DNA of 64,000 bases from Chiloscyllium plagiosum (taxonomy: Eukaryota). A program made the position numbers and the translations under genes. The stretch covers positions 14,320,364-14,384,363 of the forward strand of contig NC_057719.1 in NCBI RefSeq assembly GCF_004010195.1, in the 5' to 3' direction. Positions 13,020 to 25,830 of the stretch are shown here, in pieces; positions within the stretch are counted from its first letter, which is position 1; each line of letters starts with the position of its first letter. The notes under the pieces are model-generated. The model was not told the DNA's origin and ran no database searches. It saw only the letters and a program-made list of their open reading frames with translations.

Positions 13020-13360
13020 GCAAGATGGGTGATGTGTTGTTGCTGCAGCATGCGGGAACAATTGGATACCAAGGTGACCCCGAATGAGCACACATTTAGA
13101 AAGTATTTGTAACTCAAGATAATCTGAATCAGAGCCAAAGAGCTGGAGCTTAATTTGTAGACAGTGTGCCACATCATGGAGGAGTAAAGTTAATGGACAC
13201 CTTTCTCCCAGAGATAGTCACATCCCTCAGATTATATCATTCAAATTTGGGCTTTGAGCAGGAACAGGAGGCTGTGACTGCAGCTGAGGCAGGTATGTGG
13301 ACCCAGGAGGAGATTTGGCCCCCACATTTGTCCAATAGTTACGAGGTTCTTACAAGCTAT
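13020..13360 (+). mobile_element. Probable CR1 ORF1 relic
   Basis: Decayed Cys-rich start (CCCCSM), then EIVT...LSNSYEVL resembling CR1 ORF1. Confidence 0.4.
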
Positions 13361-13380
13361 AGGAGTGTGGCAGTGCTGGG

Positions 13381-13842
13381 AGTCCATCACCTCCTGGTGG
13401 CTGTGAAGGTGACAGTCGCTCTGGACCTTCATGTGACTGGCACCTTCCAGGGACTGACAGGTGTAGGATTTCATGGCCAAGCAGCTACAATATACATCAC
13501 AACAGAGACCGACGCCATCTGTGCAAGATCACACTGGTTGACTTTGATTTCCCATGGCGAGCTCAGAGCTGTAGCTCAAGCAGTAAGATTCAGGAATATA
13601 CCTAGATCCGCCCAGATGCATGATCTATATCAACAATGCTGCAGGATTCATCAGCAAGAAGGGGCTTCATTCTGTTGAAGTGCAGCTGATCAATACTTAT
13701 GGTTACCACAACCTGGAAGTGTGTACACACTACCCTGGCAGCTGCCAAGACTGTTACATCCTGGAACCTGGAACATATTCTAGCGCTGGCTGTGTTTGAG
13801 GGTTCAGTGGCTTATAAGTCTAGTTATTAGGGGATAAGGGCC
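13381..13842 (+). mobile_element. PIF/Harbinger transposase (HARBI1-like) relic
   Basis: VAVKVTVALDLHVTGTFQG, then in another frame FISKKGLHSVEVQL...VCTHYPGSCQDCYIL and LLGDKG, matching Harbinger DDE motifs. Confidence 0.75.
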
Positions 13843-13859
13843 AGGGTACCTACTGTGAT

Positions 13860-14425
13860 CAAGGCGGCAGCATTTGGTACACTTGCCTTCATTGGTCAGA
13901 ACATTGAGTACAGGCTTTGAGACATCATTAGGATGTTGGTGAGGCCACTTTTGGAGTACTGTGTACAATTCTGGTTTCCCTGTTATAAGATGGATATTAT
14001 TAAATTGGAGAGGGTGCAGAAAAGATTTACAAGGGTGTTATCAGGACTGGAGGGTTTGAGTTATAGGGAGAGGCTGGATAAGCTGGGATATTTTTTCACT
14101 AGGGCGTAGGAGTTTGACGGGTGACCTTAGAGGTTTATAAAATCCTGAGGGACTTAGATAAGGTGAAAAACAAAGGTCTTCTCCCCAGGGTTGGGGAGTT
14201 CAAAACTGGGGTACATAATTTTAAGGTGAGAGGAAAAAGAGCTGTAGGCAACTTTTTCACAAAGAGGGTGCTTTGTGGAATGAACTGCCAGAGGAAGTGG
14301 TAGATGCAGGTACAGTTACAACATTTAAAAGACATTTGGACACGGACTTGAATAGCAAAGGTTTAGGGGGGATATGGGCCAAACTCAGACAAATGGGTCA
14401 AGTTTAGCTTGGGAAACTTGATCTG
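13860..14425 (+). mobile_element. CR1 LINE 3' fragment
   Basis: LVRPLLEYCVQFW-type coding remnant and tail. Confidence 0.85.
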
Positions 14426-14431
14426 TATAGA

Positions 14432-14770
14432 ACCATATAATCCCGACAATGTGGAATAGGACATTCAGCCCATCGGGTGTGCACTGACCCTCTGAAGAGC
14501 ATCCGACCCAAACTGACTCCCCTACCTCATCTCTGTAACCCTGGACTTCCCATGGCTAATCTACCTAACTAGACATCCCTGGACACTATGGGAAATTTAG
14601 CATGACCAATCCACCGAAACTGCACATCTTTGGATTGTGGGAGAGAACCAGAGCACCCAGAGGAAAATCATGTGGACACAAGAAGAGTGTGCAAACTCCA
14701 TGCAGGCAGTCACCCAATGCTCCAGTTGAACCCAGGTCCCTGGCGATGTGAGGCAGCAGTGCTAACTATA
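14432..14770 (-). mobile_element. HE1-type V-SINE
   Basis: Head, core and tail on minus strand. Confidence 0.8.
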
Positions 14771-14789
14771 AGAGCCTATGGTGATGGGG

Positions 14790-15740
14790 GAGGATATTAG
14801 TGTGGATAGAGAATTAGCTAACAAACTTAATACGGAGAGTTGGATAAGGGTGCACTTTCAGGATGGTGATGCATAACTAGAGAAGTGCCACAGGGACAAT
14901 GCTGGGGCCAGAATTATTTAGATAGATTAGATTCGCTACAGTGTGGAAACAGGCCCTTCGGCCCAACAAGTCCACACCGACCCTCCGAAGAGCAACCCAC
15001 CCAGACCCATTCGACTAGATTCACCTTTGACTAATGCACCTAACACTATGGGCAACTTAGCATGGCCAATTCACCTGACCTGCACATCTTTAGACTGTGG
15101 GAGGAAACTGGAGTACCCGAGGAAACCCACGCAGACACGGGGAGAACATGCAAATTCCACACAGTCAGTTGCCCAAGGTGGGAATTGAACGCGGGTCTCT
15201 GGCGTTGTGAGACAGCAGTGCTAACCACTGAGCCACCGTGCTGAATTATTTCAGTATATGTTATAACTTGGATGAGGGGGAGGGAACATTGACAAGCTTG
15301 TGGATGAGACAAAAATAGTTCGGAAGGCAAGTGGGAGGATAGTATAAAGAATCTACGGAGGGATATAGACAGGTTAAGTGAGTGGGCAAAAACTTGGCAG
15401 ATGGAATACAACATGGGAAAATGTGAGCTTACACACTTTGGCAGGAAGAATAAGGCACTCAAACATTATTTGAATTGAGAAGGACAGCGTAAAGCACACA
15501 GGGATTTGGAGTCCCCCTCAATAAATCACAAAACACTAGCAGGAACGATCATTGGGTAACAGGGAAGGAAAAGTACACACTGGCCTGTATTTCAAAGGAA
15601 ATGGAGTATCAAACTTGGGAAATCTTGCTAAAACAATACAAAGCATGAGTTAATTCATACCTCGAATACTGCGGACCATTTTGTTCTCCTGATCAAAGGA
15701 AAGACATTGGCATCGAAGGCAGTCCAGACAAGGTTCACTA
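14790..15740 (+). mobile_element. CR1 RT fragment interrupted by a SINE
   Basis: gtgccacagggacaatgctggggccagaattatt...RLSEWAKTWQMEYN; split at 14922-15242. Confidence 0.75.
14922..15242 (-). mobile_element. HE1-type V-SINE inserted in CR1
   Basis: Near full length; gaattattt repeated on both flanks. Confidence 0.85.
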
Positions 15741-15789
15741 GGTTGGTGTGGACTCAATAGGCTGAATGGCCTGCTTCCACACAGTAGGG

Positions 15790-16008
15790 ACTGATCTACC
15801 TAACACATTCCCAGATACCTTCTCCCCAGCCCCATTCTCCTCCCATTTATCTCTCAGCCCCCTTGGCCCACAAACTCATTCCTGATGAAGGGTTTATGCT
15901 CAAAACGTCGATTCTCCTGCTCCTTGGATGCTGCCTGTCTTGCTGTGCTTTTCCAGCACCACATTCTTGACTCTGATCTCAAGTCTCTGCAGTCCTCACT
16001 TTCTCCCG
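15790..16008 (+). mobile_element. Penelope-type 3' terminal repeat (family A) with decayed hammerhead
   Basis: attcctgatgaagggtttatgctcaaaacgtcgatt followed by gatgctgcctg...gcagtcctcactttctcc. Confidence 0.75.
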
Positions 16009-16209
16009 ATTCTGAAATCCTGTCAAAGCTTAACAGTCAGACCACATTATAACACTTTGTCACATTCTCGCAGTCTGCCCAGTAATAGGCTGGCCAGCTG
16101 TTGGGCAGAAAATAGCTGGTGATACTTAAAGACCAGCCATGGAAATATAGAGATAGTAATCACAGTTGAGTGAGTTCAGGGAATGAGGGAATGCAAAAGG
16201 AGGGAAACA

Positions 16210-16650
16210 AATCATACAGTCATTGTCATACAGCACAGAAAAAGGCTCTTTGGCCCAACTCGTCCATGCCAAACAAACTTCCTAAACTGAACCAGTCCCA
16301 TTTTCCTGAGTTTTGCTCATATCCCTCTCAACTTTTCCTATCCATGTACCTGGCCTAATATCTTTTAAATGCTGTACCACCATCTCCACCTCCCCCCCCA
16401 ACCACTTCTTCTGGTAGCTTGTTCCATACACACACCACCCTCTTTGTGAAACATTTATCCCTTGGGTCCCTTTTAAATCTTTCCCCTCTCAACTTAAAGC
16501 CATGTCCTCAAGGTTTTGGTCTCTCCTACCCTAGGAAAAAAGACCTTTCATGATTTTATAAACTTCAGCCTCTGTCGCTCCAGGGACATAAGTCCCAACC
16601 TATCCAGCCTCTCATTGTAACTCAAACCTTCAGTCTTGGTAACATCCTGG
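16210..16650 (-). mobile_element. CR1 LINE 3' fragment
   Basis: Same tail family as 652-1075. Confidence 0.8.
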
Positions 16651-19600
16651 TCCTTTTCATCATTGCCCATATTAATCACAGAACTGTCACGATACAGAAG
16701 GAAGTCATTTGGTTCAAAGGGTCTGCTAGCTCTCTGAAAGAGCAGCTCACCTAATGCCTTCTCTCCAAAGCCCTACACATTCTTCCTTTTCATATAGTAG
16801 TCCAACGAGCTCCACTTGAATTCCTCAAATGAACCTGCCTCCTTTTCTGATTGCAAAAAAGTTGCTATGTGAAAACATTTTGCCTGAGCCTCAGCAGGTT
16901 CATCAGACATTCTATCTCAAGTGTGCCGTCCAGTCCAAATCTGCCTCATCTACAAGATGACCCAGGACAGGCTACGTGCAAGTAGGGGTCCGCCAATTCA
17001 CCTTTCTCGGTTTGTGTCTTACACAGTATGCTTCCAGAGCTGCCTCCATCCAGCCACTCTCTTTGCCCTGGCCAAAACGTTACTAATTGTAGATCCAACA
17101 AACAAGCAACAGTCCATTGCCAGCAGTTGCATTCCCCAGGCTTTATTTGGTTCACTAACACCCTTCAAGGAAGGGAATCTGCTGTCGATACTTGGTCTGG
17201 CCTACGTGTGACTCCAGAATCACTCCAACATGGCTGACTATTAACTGGCTTAGAAATGGCCTTACCAAGCCATTCAGATCAAGGGGCTATTGAGGCTTGT
17301 CTGTAAATGCTGACCCAACCAGCAACGTCCACATCCCATCAATGAATAATGAATAAATAATAAGAAACGCTGCGGGACACTGCACCTGGAGGTGGCGTTT
17401 CACTGCAGAGAATGGTGCACGATGAGAAGGGCTTTCATGGCAATGTTGCAAAGCAGGCGCTATCTGTGCGAACACAGGGACAATCTTTGCCGCCAATTGG
17501 TTGTTCACAACACACATTCCATTTACGCAAGCATAAGGTAATAATATAGTTTTACTACTGAAGTGAGACAGCCTCGACATTGATGGTCATTTATTGAGAC
17601 TCAATCATCCTTGACACAGATGGTACATCTTTTTAACGAGATATTTAGTGTCTATTCACATTTTTAAAATGCATTTTATTGTTGAAATGAGGCTCCTGTG
17701 TTAAAATAGTCAATCCTCATGCACACACTTTACTGGTCTCATTTATCAGAAGATAGACTTCTTGAATCCTTAGGTCTTGAAGGAATATACCTCAGAAAAT
17801 GCACAAAGTCTAATTTGTGAATTTATCCTCAGAAAGACCGCACTGTGTAAAAGTTCAAATGAAAACTATTTGCAATTAATAGCTTTGCGCAGGCATATAT
17901 AAGGAATTGAACAGTTATCAATTTCCTTTTGGTTTACTTACAAGAGTTCAAAAATTGCACATGGGAGTTTTGGATGCTGATTTTCTACTTGTTTGACTTC
18001 AGTGTTGAGCTGATGCCAAATTAAACCAGGAATAAAACTGTAGCTGAACTTTCAGCTGGAAGATTATATATTACTGAATGTAAAAAAATTATTTTAGTTC
18101 AATGCCAGACTCTGGCAATTAGGAGAATTTCAGCTTCGTTTCTACAACATTGCTCGATATCATTTTTGAAAGTTGCATTTCTCTATAAAAATAATTGCAA
18201 CAAGAATTATACTTACTAACAACACTTTAAAAGCCATGGACATTGAAGGAATGGAAGAGTGTGCATTTTGTACAGTGCCTTCTATGCCTTTCTACTTGTC
18301 CAATTTATTCCCTCAAATGAAGTGCAGAATTGCCCCTTTGCTTCTTGGTTCTGCCAAAGTGGATGTGGTAAAGGACTGCACCCAAGCCCAAGAAGAGGGT
18401 AAAGGTAAAGTCACCATAATATTACTGGACCATAGGACTGCTCTCTCATTCAAGGTAGAGAAATGAGTAGTGGTGGTTTAACCTGAGGGTCACCATGCCT
18501 TAGCTGAGGGGAGAGTTTGAGAAGGAATGGTCACCTCAGCTGAGATGGGAATCGAAGCCCTTGCTACTGGCGTCACGTTGCATTGCAAACAAGCTGTCCA
18601 GCCAACTGATCTAACCAACCCAAGAACAGCAGCAATGGAATCCCTGAACTAGGTACGTTGGAGGGGGGACATTGGGTGGAGAAGGACTGGAAGAGGTGAT
18701 GATGGAGTGGAGTTGTGGGTTTTAATGTCCTGACGAGGAAAAGGAAGAGGATATACCACCATATAATGGCGTGGGGTGCTTTTGATGTGCAAAGCAGCAT
18801 TCATCTTCATCTCTCCCCTTTCAAACACCTTTTAAAAATAGACTGACCATGCTCATGATATTATGATTAATATGGGTCCAGCAACATGTGTTAGAATCAT
18901 AGAATCCTTACAGTGTGGAAGCAGGCCATTCAGCCCATCATGTCCACGTCGACCTTCCGAAGACCATCCTGCCCAGATCCACCCCTTTCCTATTCCCGTA
19001 ACTCTGTACTTCCCATGGCAAATCCACCCAGCTTGCACATTCCTGGACACTACAGGCAACTGAGCATGTCCAATCCACCGAACCTGCACATCTTGTTAGT
19101 TATTTACATAATTGGAGACTCTACCACTTCTGGTAATCCCTTCCCCTATATCGTAGGGTAAAGGATGAGTAGGTAAACAGTCTGTCCATCATATATCCAA
19201 TGCCAATCCTTACCTCCACTGAAAGCACACAAATCCAGCCCCTTATCTCTAAATGCTGCCTGATCTACAATAAGGTACCAGCACCAACAAGAAATGAAAT
19301 GGGTTGCTTTCTGTGCCAGTTCTATTTGTATTTTTACATTATTGTTTAAGACATGCTCATTATTTTGAATTTATTGGGTGATGCTGGATGATTTTCAAGG
19401 AATAATTTTCAGCTGCCACAGCTAGTAAGAATTATTTTTAAGTGCATGAAACAAAGACTTGCCAACCATTCTTACATAATTTCTCCAGCAAATTTACACA
19501 ACCATATTTCTTAACATGAAAAATATTCATATACAAGTTCTTTTCAGTTCAAGCTATTAACCTGAAATTCAAAATCTGCTGCTACTTTTAACAATTTCAA

Positions 19601-19668
19601 TGTCTTTGGATATGCTAATGACAAAATGTATTGCATTCAAAATTGTAAGCTATAGAATGGGGACTTAC

Positions 19669-19767
19669 CTGAAATTTCTGTTGCAAATACTGAAGCCACC
19701 TGTCTCGGGGTAGGTTCAGGAACAATTTGCACCAGAGTAGGTGGACTTGTCTTCACTAGTACTTCCA
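19669..19767 (-). CDS. LTBP2: LTBP2 hinge exon, VEVLVKTSPPTLVQIVPEPTPRQVASVFATEIS
   Basis: Acceptor ttcttgtcctacag, donor GTAAGT; 99 nt, phase 1-1; similar to the LTBP-family segment preceding the EGF array. Confidence 0.88.
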
Positions 19768-19924
19768 CTGTAGGACAAGAACCAACCATCAGTTCATAAA
19801 CTAATCTGTCCCAAAGTCAAAGAATGGGATTAAAACTAAGGGTGGAATCTTACAGCAGCCTGAACAGTGTGACCTATGGCATTATATGTGGCAGAAATGA
19901 GCTAGAAGTCCAGAAAGACTAGAG

Positions 19925-20250
19925 GATGGCATAGTGGTTAGCACTGGTGCCTCACAGCATCAGGGATGCAGGTTCAATTCCAGCCTTCGGTGACTGTCTG
20001 TATGGAGTTTGCACATTGCCCACATGGGTTTCTACTGGATGCTCCAGTTTCCTCCAACACAGTTGGAAAACGTGCAGGTTAGGTAGATTGGCCATGTTAA
20101 ATTGTCCTGTAGTGTCCAGGGATGTGCAGGCTAGGTAGGTTGGCCACAGGAAATGCAAAGATGGTGTGGATCTGGGTGGGATGCTCTTTGGAGGGTACGT
20201 GCAGACTTGAAGGGCTGAATGACCCATTTCTGCACTGTAGGGATTCTGTA
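19925..20250 (+). mobile_element. HE1-type V-SINE
   Basis: Head, core and tail. Confidence 0.8.
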
Positions 20251-20999
20251 GACCAATCTCAATAGTAAGAACAACACGCTGCATCTTTTAACTGGGTGCA
20301 GGGCATTGAGACAAGATTTTCACTGAGTAACGGCGAGGTTGTATTGTTGAACATGAGGTGCCCATGGACAAAGATGTAACATAACAGAATCAATTAATCC
20401 TTAATTACTTATTGAGATGTGTCAATGGCTGGTTGTTTTCAGCACAACATTATGAGTTTAGATGGGAAGGTTATCAGCAGGGCACACAAGCTATTGTACA
20501 TAACGCTCACGATCAAACACACACACAGCAGGGGTTGGCAGTATCGAGCGTAATGCTTAGTTATGAAAGACAAGTGTCTCTTCTAGTTAAGATTCTTTAC
20601 TAGTTGGTCCTGGAGCACTGATGATTAGACAGGAAGTGTACCATATAGGGGATATCATGATTTCATATGAGGAAAGTAAATGGGCTTTGCACAAAAATAT
20701 CATGTTTTTTTTATTTTTAGTTTGCCTTGCCTAGCTAAAGGAAGGTGCTAAGATTCAGCTTAGAGAGGAGGATTGTGTTTCTTGAGTCAGGAGCCCAAGT
20801 TGAAGACCCAACTGCTGCAGAAGTGTGTTATAACATCTCTGAACAGGTTGATTGGGAAATATTGGAAAGGAGGATGGGTTGCAGTGAACTATCCGCATCA
20901 TCAGCTGCCAACGATGGTAACCAGAGACCAATGTACTAGTCCCAACTTGCAAATATTTTTAACGAGTGGAATAACTACAATGGAATTAACTCAACTTTG

Positions 21000-22195
21000 C
21001 AAACACTGTTGAATTATGTCAGTTGTCTTTCCAAAAGTTACATTTTCAAAGTGAAGGCAGTATTTTTTTTTACCCAAGACAGGAAGGATACCACATATGG
21101 GCTATCAGGATTTCATATGGGGAAAGTAAAGAGGACTTTTACAATAATATCACAGGTGGGTTTTTTTTAGTTTGCCTCACCTAGCTAATAATAAAGAGAC
21201 CTCAAGGGAAGGTTTTTGCAGAGTTCCACAAAAGAGGGAAGTTTACAGTATTTGTGTGAGGATTCATATGCAAATAGAAATGGACAGATTTCTTGAAATA
21301 CAAATATTGTATTCATCGAAAGATAGGGTGAACAAGGTGTCAGCTTACCCCAGCTGACAGCTCTTTTACACGTGGTCCAGAGGATCCTGGAATTTAAATT
21401 CCACTCCAGGATTTGACAGCATAATGAAACTTACACTGTCTTACACTGTCAACACAACATTTACAAAATTACTTTAAAGAATAAATACTTAAGAGACAGA
21501 ATGCTGCATTGCTAAAGCCACAGGCCCCTGGAGGAGGCCTGAGGCCCACCTCCCATCTACCTGACAAATGGGCATATAAACATCCTATAAGACTATATTA
21601 AAAAGAGCAGAGATCTCCTGGTGCCCAACATCCATCTCACAACGAGATACTGTGATTGTAATTCTGATGAATGGTCATTGACTTGAAATTCATTTCTCTA
21701 TTCCTCCTTTTACGGATGCTACCAGACCTGCTGAACACTGACAGCATTTTCTGTTTTAATTTCTGCTCTTGCTGTCTATGGAATGGCACGTACTAGAACA
21801 GTGACACCACAGCATTTTTAGATATCCTGATAATGAAGAGCTTTTATAATTGGGGTAAGCTGACACATTTCAACCAATATTATCTTTCAACAAATACAAT
21901 ATCTCAAGAAATCTGTCCATTCCTCTTTGCATATGAATCCTCCAATAAATCCCATAAATTTTCCTCTTTTATGGAACTCTGCAAAAACCTTCCTTTGATA
22001 TCTCTGTATTATTAGCCAGGGAAGACAAACTAAAATTAAAACAACAAGCGTGATATTATTGTGCATGTCTTATTTTCTTTCCTCATATAAAATCATGATA
22101 TCCCCTATATGATACACTTCCTGTCTTGGGTGAAAATATTCAGCCTTCACCTTGCAAATTAGACTTTTGACTGATGTGCTTCAACAAAACGTTGA
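21000..22195. repeat. Old diverged inverted repeat, arms about 21000-21366 and 21836-22195, with partial third copy at 20628-20738
   Basis: Collinear reverse-complement blocks such as gaggattcatatgcaaatagaaatggacagatttcttga / tcaagaaatctgtccattcctctttgcatatgaatcctc and gtgtcagcttacccca / tggggtaagctgacac. Confidence 0.85.
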
Positions 22196-22462
22196 TACAG
22201 AAGATGACAAAAACATGCCCTAAGCAGGACTATCATCTTCAAAAGTAAAACAATGAGAACCTACGAGCTATAACTTTCACCTGTAATTAAGTTACTAAGC
22301 TAAAATAAAATTATAGATAAAAGATTAATTCAGTTGTTGAACCAGTTGATCACTGATGGTGAAAATGGGAGCCAAATACCTGGTTCAGGAAATCTGAATG
22401 AGGCCTTGGTTGGCAGGAATCAACACAACATTTACAAAATTACTTTAAAGAACAAATACTTA

Positions 22463-22915
22463 AGAGTCATAGAGTCATACAGCATGGAAACAGACCCTTT
22501 GGTCCAACCGGTGAGTGCCAAACATAATCCCAAACTAAACTAGTCCCACCTGCCTGCACCTAGTCCATATCCCTCCAAATCTTTCCTATTCATTATTTAT
22601 TCAATAATCTTTTAAAGGTTGTAATTGTACTCACATCCACCACTTCCTCTGGAAGTTCATTCCACACGTGAACCACCCTCTGTGTAAACAAATGGCCCCT
22701 TGTGTCTTTTTTGCAATCTCTCTTCTCTCACCTTAAAAATGTATACCCTGGTCTTGAAATTTCCCCCATCCTAGGGAAAAGACAACTACCCTATCGCGAC
22801 CCCTCATGATTTTATGACCTTCGATAAGGTCACCTCTCAGCCTCCTACGCTTTAGCGAATACAGTCCCAGCTTTTTTTTATTAACTCAAACTTTCCATAC
22901 CCAGCAACATCCTGG
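22463..22915 (-). mobile_element. CR1 LINE 3' fragment
   Basis: Tail and ORF2 end on minus strand. Confidence 0.8.
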
Positions 22916-23354
22916 CTAAAGACAAGATTCCTATGAAGTCTATGTTTGTTCAATTGAGTAGTATTGTACTTCCATGCAAACCTGTCATATTTGAATTAAA
23001 ATCTTTAACTATTATGGTAAAGTCTCCACATTAAAAAGCATGCTTTATTCACTAAAGAAGCAGCAGTTCAGGAATGATTTGTATGCACCCAACAAATTTT
23101 TACAAATGTTAAGGGAAAATGATTTACTCCTTCAGTTTCCCAATTGAAATAAAGCTCACGTTTTTATACTCCTGCACGTCCATTTAGGTTTGAAGGTAAG
23201 GCAGTAAGACAAATTTGGGGTTGTAATCAACTGCAGTGGATGAAGGCGTAATGTTCCAAGTGTCCATATGATGATTAAAATATGCAGTTTAAATCCAGAC
23301 CACAGTAGAATTACTGATGCATAAACAAACCTTAAAAAATTAGTTATTACTCAC

Positions 23355-23403
23355 CTGGATAGGCATCAATTCTTGGAATATGAGCAGGTGCAAAGGGTTG
23401 AGG
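23355..23403 (-). CDS. LTBP2: LTBP2 49-nt hinge exon, PQPFAPAHIPRIDAYP
   Basis: Acceptor gtttttgtttaaaacag, donor GTGAGT; phase 0-1; proline-rich; 20+49=69 nt keeps frame. Confidence 0.82.
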
Positions 23404-24304
23404 CTGTTTTAAACAAAAACAGATGGCACTCAGCAGATAATTCAGTAACTTTCATTACCTAACCGTAACAAACGTGATTGAGCATTGCATTTTATTTTTG
23501 GTTTCACTTTTTGGACCATTTTGTTCAGAGAACAAATTGGCAGCAGCTAGAGTTCTTCGAAGCTAAAGTTCAATCTAAATAGCCTGAATTGAAACTTTCT
23601 TCCACCATCAAAATAACAAAAAAAGTACAGTGGTTGTAAGTTATGCAACAAATCCAGTTGTGTGAACGATTTTGTGCTGTAGCACACTCCTATACATTTA
23701 ACTCTAAAAGGAATTTGATATACTGTCAAATCACACTGTGCAGGCATACAAGACCAAACACTTAACCTTGGGTTTAATCCAGTATGCTCATTAGGAGGAG
23801 GTCATCTGTTTATTTTCTCTCTGATTTTGCACTGGAATGAAGTAAAAGTTGGGCCGACAATAAAGTGGATATCTGTCTCAAACCCACCTCATTCTGGCAG
23901 TGTGGATTAGATTAAAATTTGATTTTGTGCAGACTGCCACAATTTGTGACATGCAATCGCGTGAATAGCCTGGCGCAAGGAAAAATCTCTGCAGGTGCCG
24001 AAATTGCAGGAATGGGTCCAAACAAAGTGACAGCAGTTCTGTATTCAGCCACCTCAGCAATTTTGCGTGAAAACATAACTAAGCCCCAAATGTAAAGTTA
24101 ACATGCCATCATATTACCTAATTACGTTCAGTGCCACGTTATGGACTCAATTGCATGCAAAGCTGATTGGGTATCACCCAGCCAGATTCTGTTCAAAACA
24201 GACCCTGCTCCCTTGGGATAACTCCTTCTCAAAGCTATCATTGTACTAACTTATGATCTCACTTTAATGATGGATCAGGCAAGCTAATTCTGTTTCTGTA
24301 GGCA

Positions 24305-25830
24305 CAAGTCGGTAAATTACAGACCGATTAGCCTAACCTTGGTCTTGGGTAAGATCCTGGAATCCACTGTGAAGGATGAGATTTCTGAACACTTGGAAGT
24401 GCAATGTAAAATAGGGCAAAGTCAACCTGGTTTCATCAAAGGGAAGTCATGCCTGACAAATCTGCTAGAGTTTTTGGAGGAAGTAATGAGCAGATTAAAC
24501 CAAGGAGAGCCAATGGATTTTATCTACATGGATTTCAAGAAGGCCTTTGACAAGGTGCCACACAGGAAGCTACTGGGTAACATAAGTGCCATGGCGTTCG
24601 AGGCAAGGTGCTAGCATGGATTGAAGCTTGGCTGTCTGGCAGGAAGCAGAGAGCGGGGATAAAAGGGTCCTTCTCAGGATGGCAGCTGGTGACAAGTGGT
24701 GTTCCATAAGGGTTGGTATTGGGACCACAACTTTTCACTTTATACAGTAACAATCTAGATGAAGGAACTGAGGGCATTCTGGCTAAGTTTGCATATGATA
24801 GAAAGATGGGTAGAGGGACAGGTAGCATTGAGGAGGCAGGGAGGTTGAGGAAAGATTTGGATAGGTTAGGAGAATGGGCAAAGAAGTGGCAGATGGAGTA
24901 CAATGTTGGAAAGTGTGAGGTCATGCACTTTGGTCGGAAGAATGTAGGCATGGACTATTTTCTAAGTGGGGAGAAAATTCAGAAGTCTGAAGTGTAAACT
25001 GAGAGTTCTAGTCCAGGATTCTCTCAAGGTAAACTTGCAAGTTAAGTCAGTAGTTAGGAAGACAAATGCAATTATGGTAATTATATTGAGAGGACTTGAA
25101 TGTAAAAGCAGGATGTACTTCTGAGGCTCAATAAGGCTCTGGTCAAACTACATTTGGAGTATTGCGCACAGTTTTGAGCCCCATATCTCAGGAAGGATGT
25201 ACTGGCCCTGGAGGGGGAGCAGTACATCTGCTCCAACTGCCCCTTCTTTGCCCACTCTCCTAAGCTGTCAAAATCCTTCTTCAACCTCTCTGCCTCCTCA
25301 GTGTGACCTGTCCCTCTACCTATCTTCAGAGAAAGTTCACGAGAATGGTCCCAGGAATGAAAAGCTTAAAATATGAGGAACGTTTGAGGACTCTGGGTTT
25401 ATACTTGATGGAGTTTAGAAGAATGAGGAGGAATCTAGTTGAATCATACAGAACACTGAATGCCCTGGACTGAGTAGATGTTGGGAAGATGTTTCCATTG
25501 TTAGGAGAAATTAGGACCTGAGGGAATAGCCTTAGAGCAAAGGGAACACCTTAGAACAGAGATAAGGAGAAACTTATTCAGTCAGAGAGTGGTGAATCTA
25601 TGGGAATTCGCTGCCATGGAAGACTGTGGAAGTCAGGTCATTGAGTGTATTTAAGACTGAGATAGATAGGTTCTTGAGTTTCAAGGGGATTAAGGATCGC
25701 AGGGAAAAGCTGGGAGAATGGGGTTGAGAAAGTGGGAGAATGGGGTTGAGAAACTTATCAGCCATGATTGAGTGGCAGAGCAGACAGGTTGAACTGAATG
25801 GCCAATTACTGCTCCTATGTATTATGGTCT
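24305..25830 (+). mobile_element. CR1 LINE RT and 3' end
   Basis: GFIKGKSCLTNLLEF...IYMDFKKAFDKVPH, VLGPQLFTLY...LAKFAYD. Confidence 0.92.

Noticed and set aside
17287..17580. Minus ORF containing ACVNGMCV as a possible EGF exon
   Set aside because: Lacks six-Cys EGF spacing and suitable splice sites.
25711..25753. 22-bp tandem duplication in a CR1 tail
   Set aside because: Simple two-copy slippage; not a CRISPR-like or functional array.
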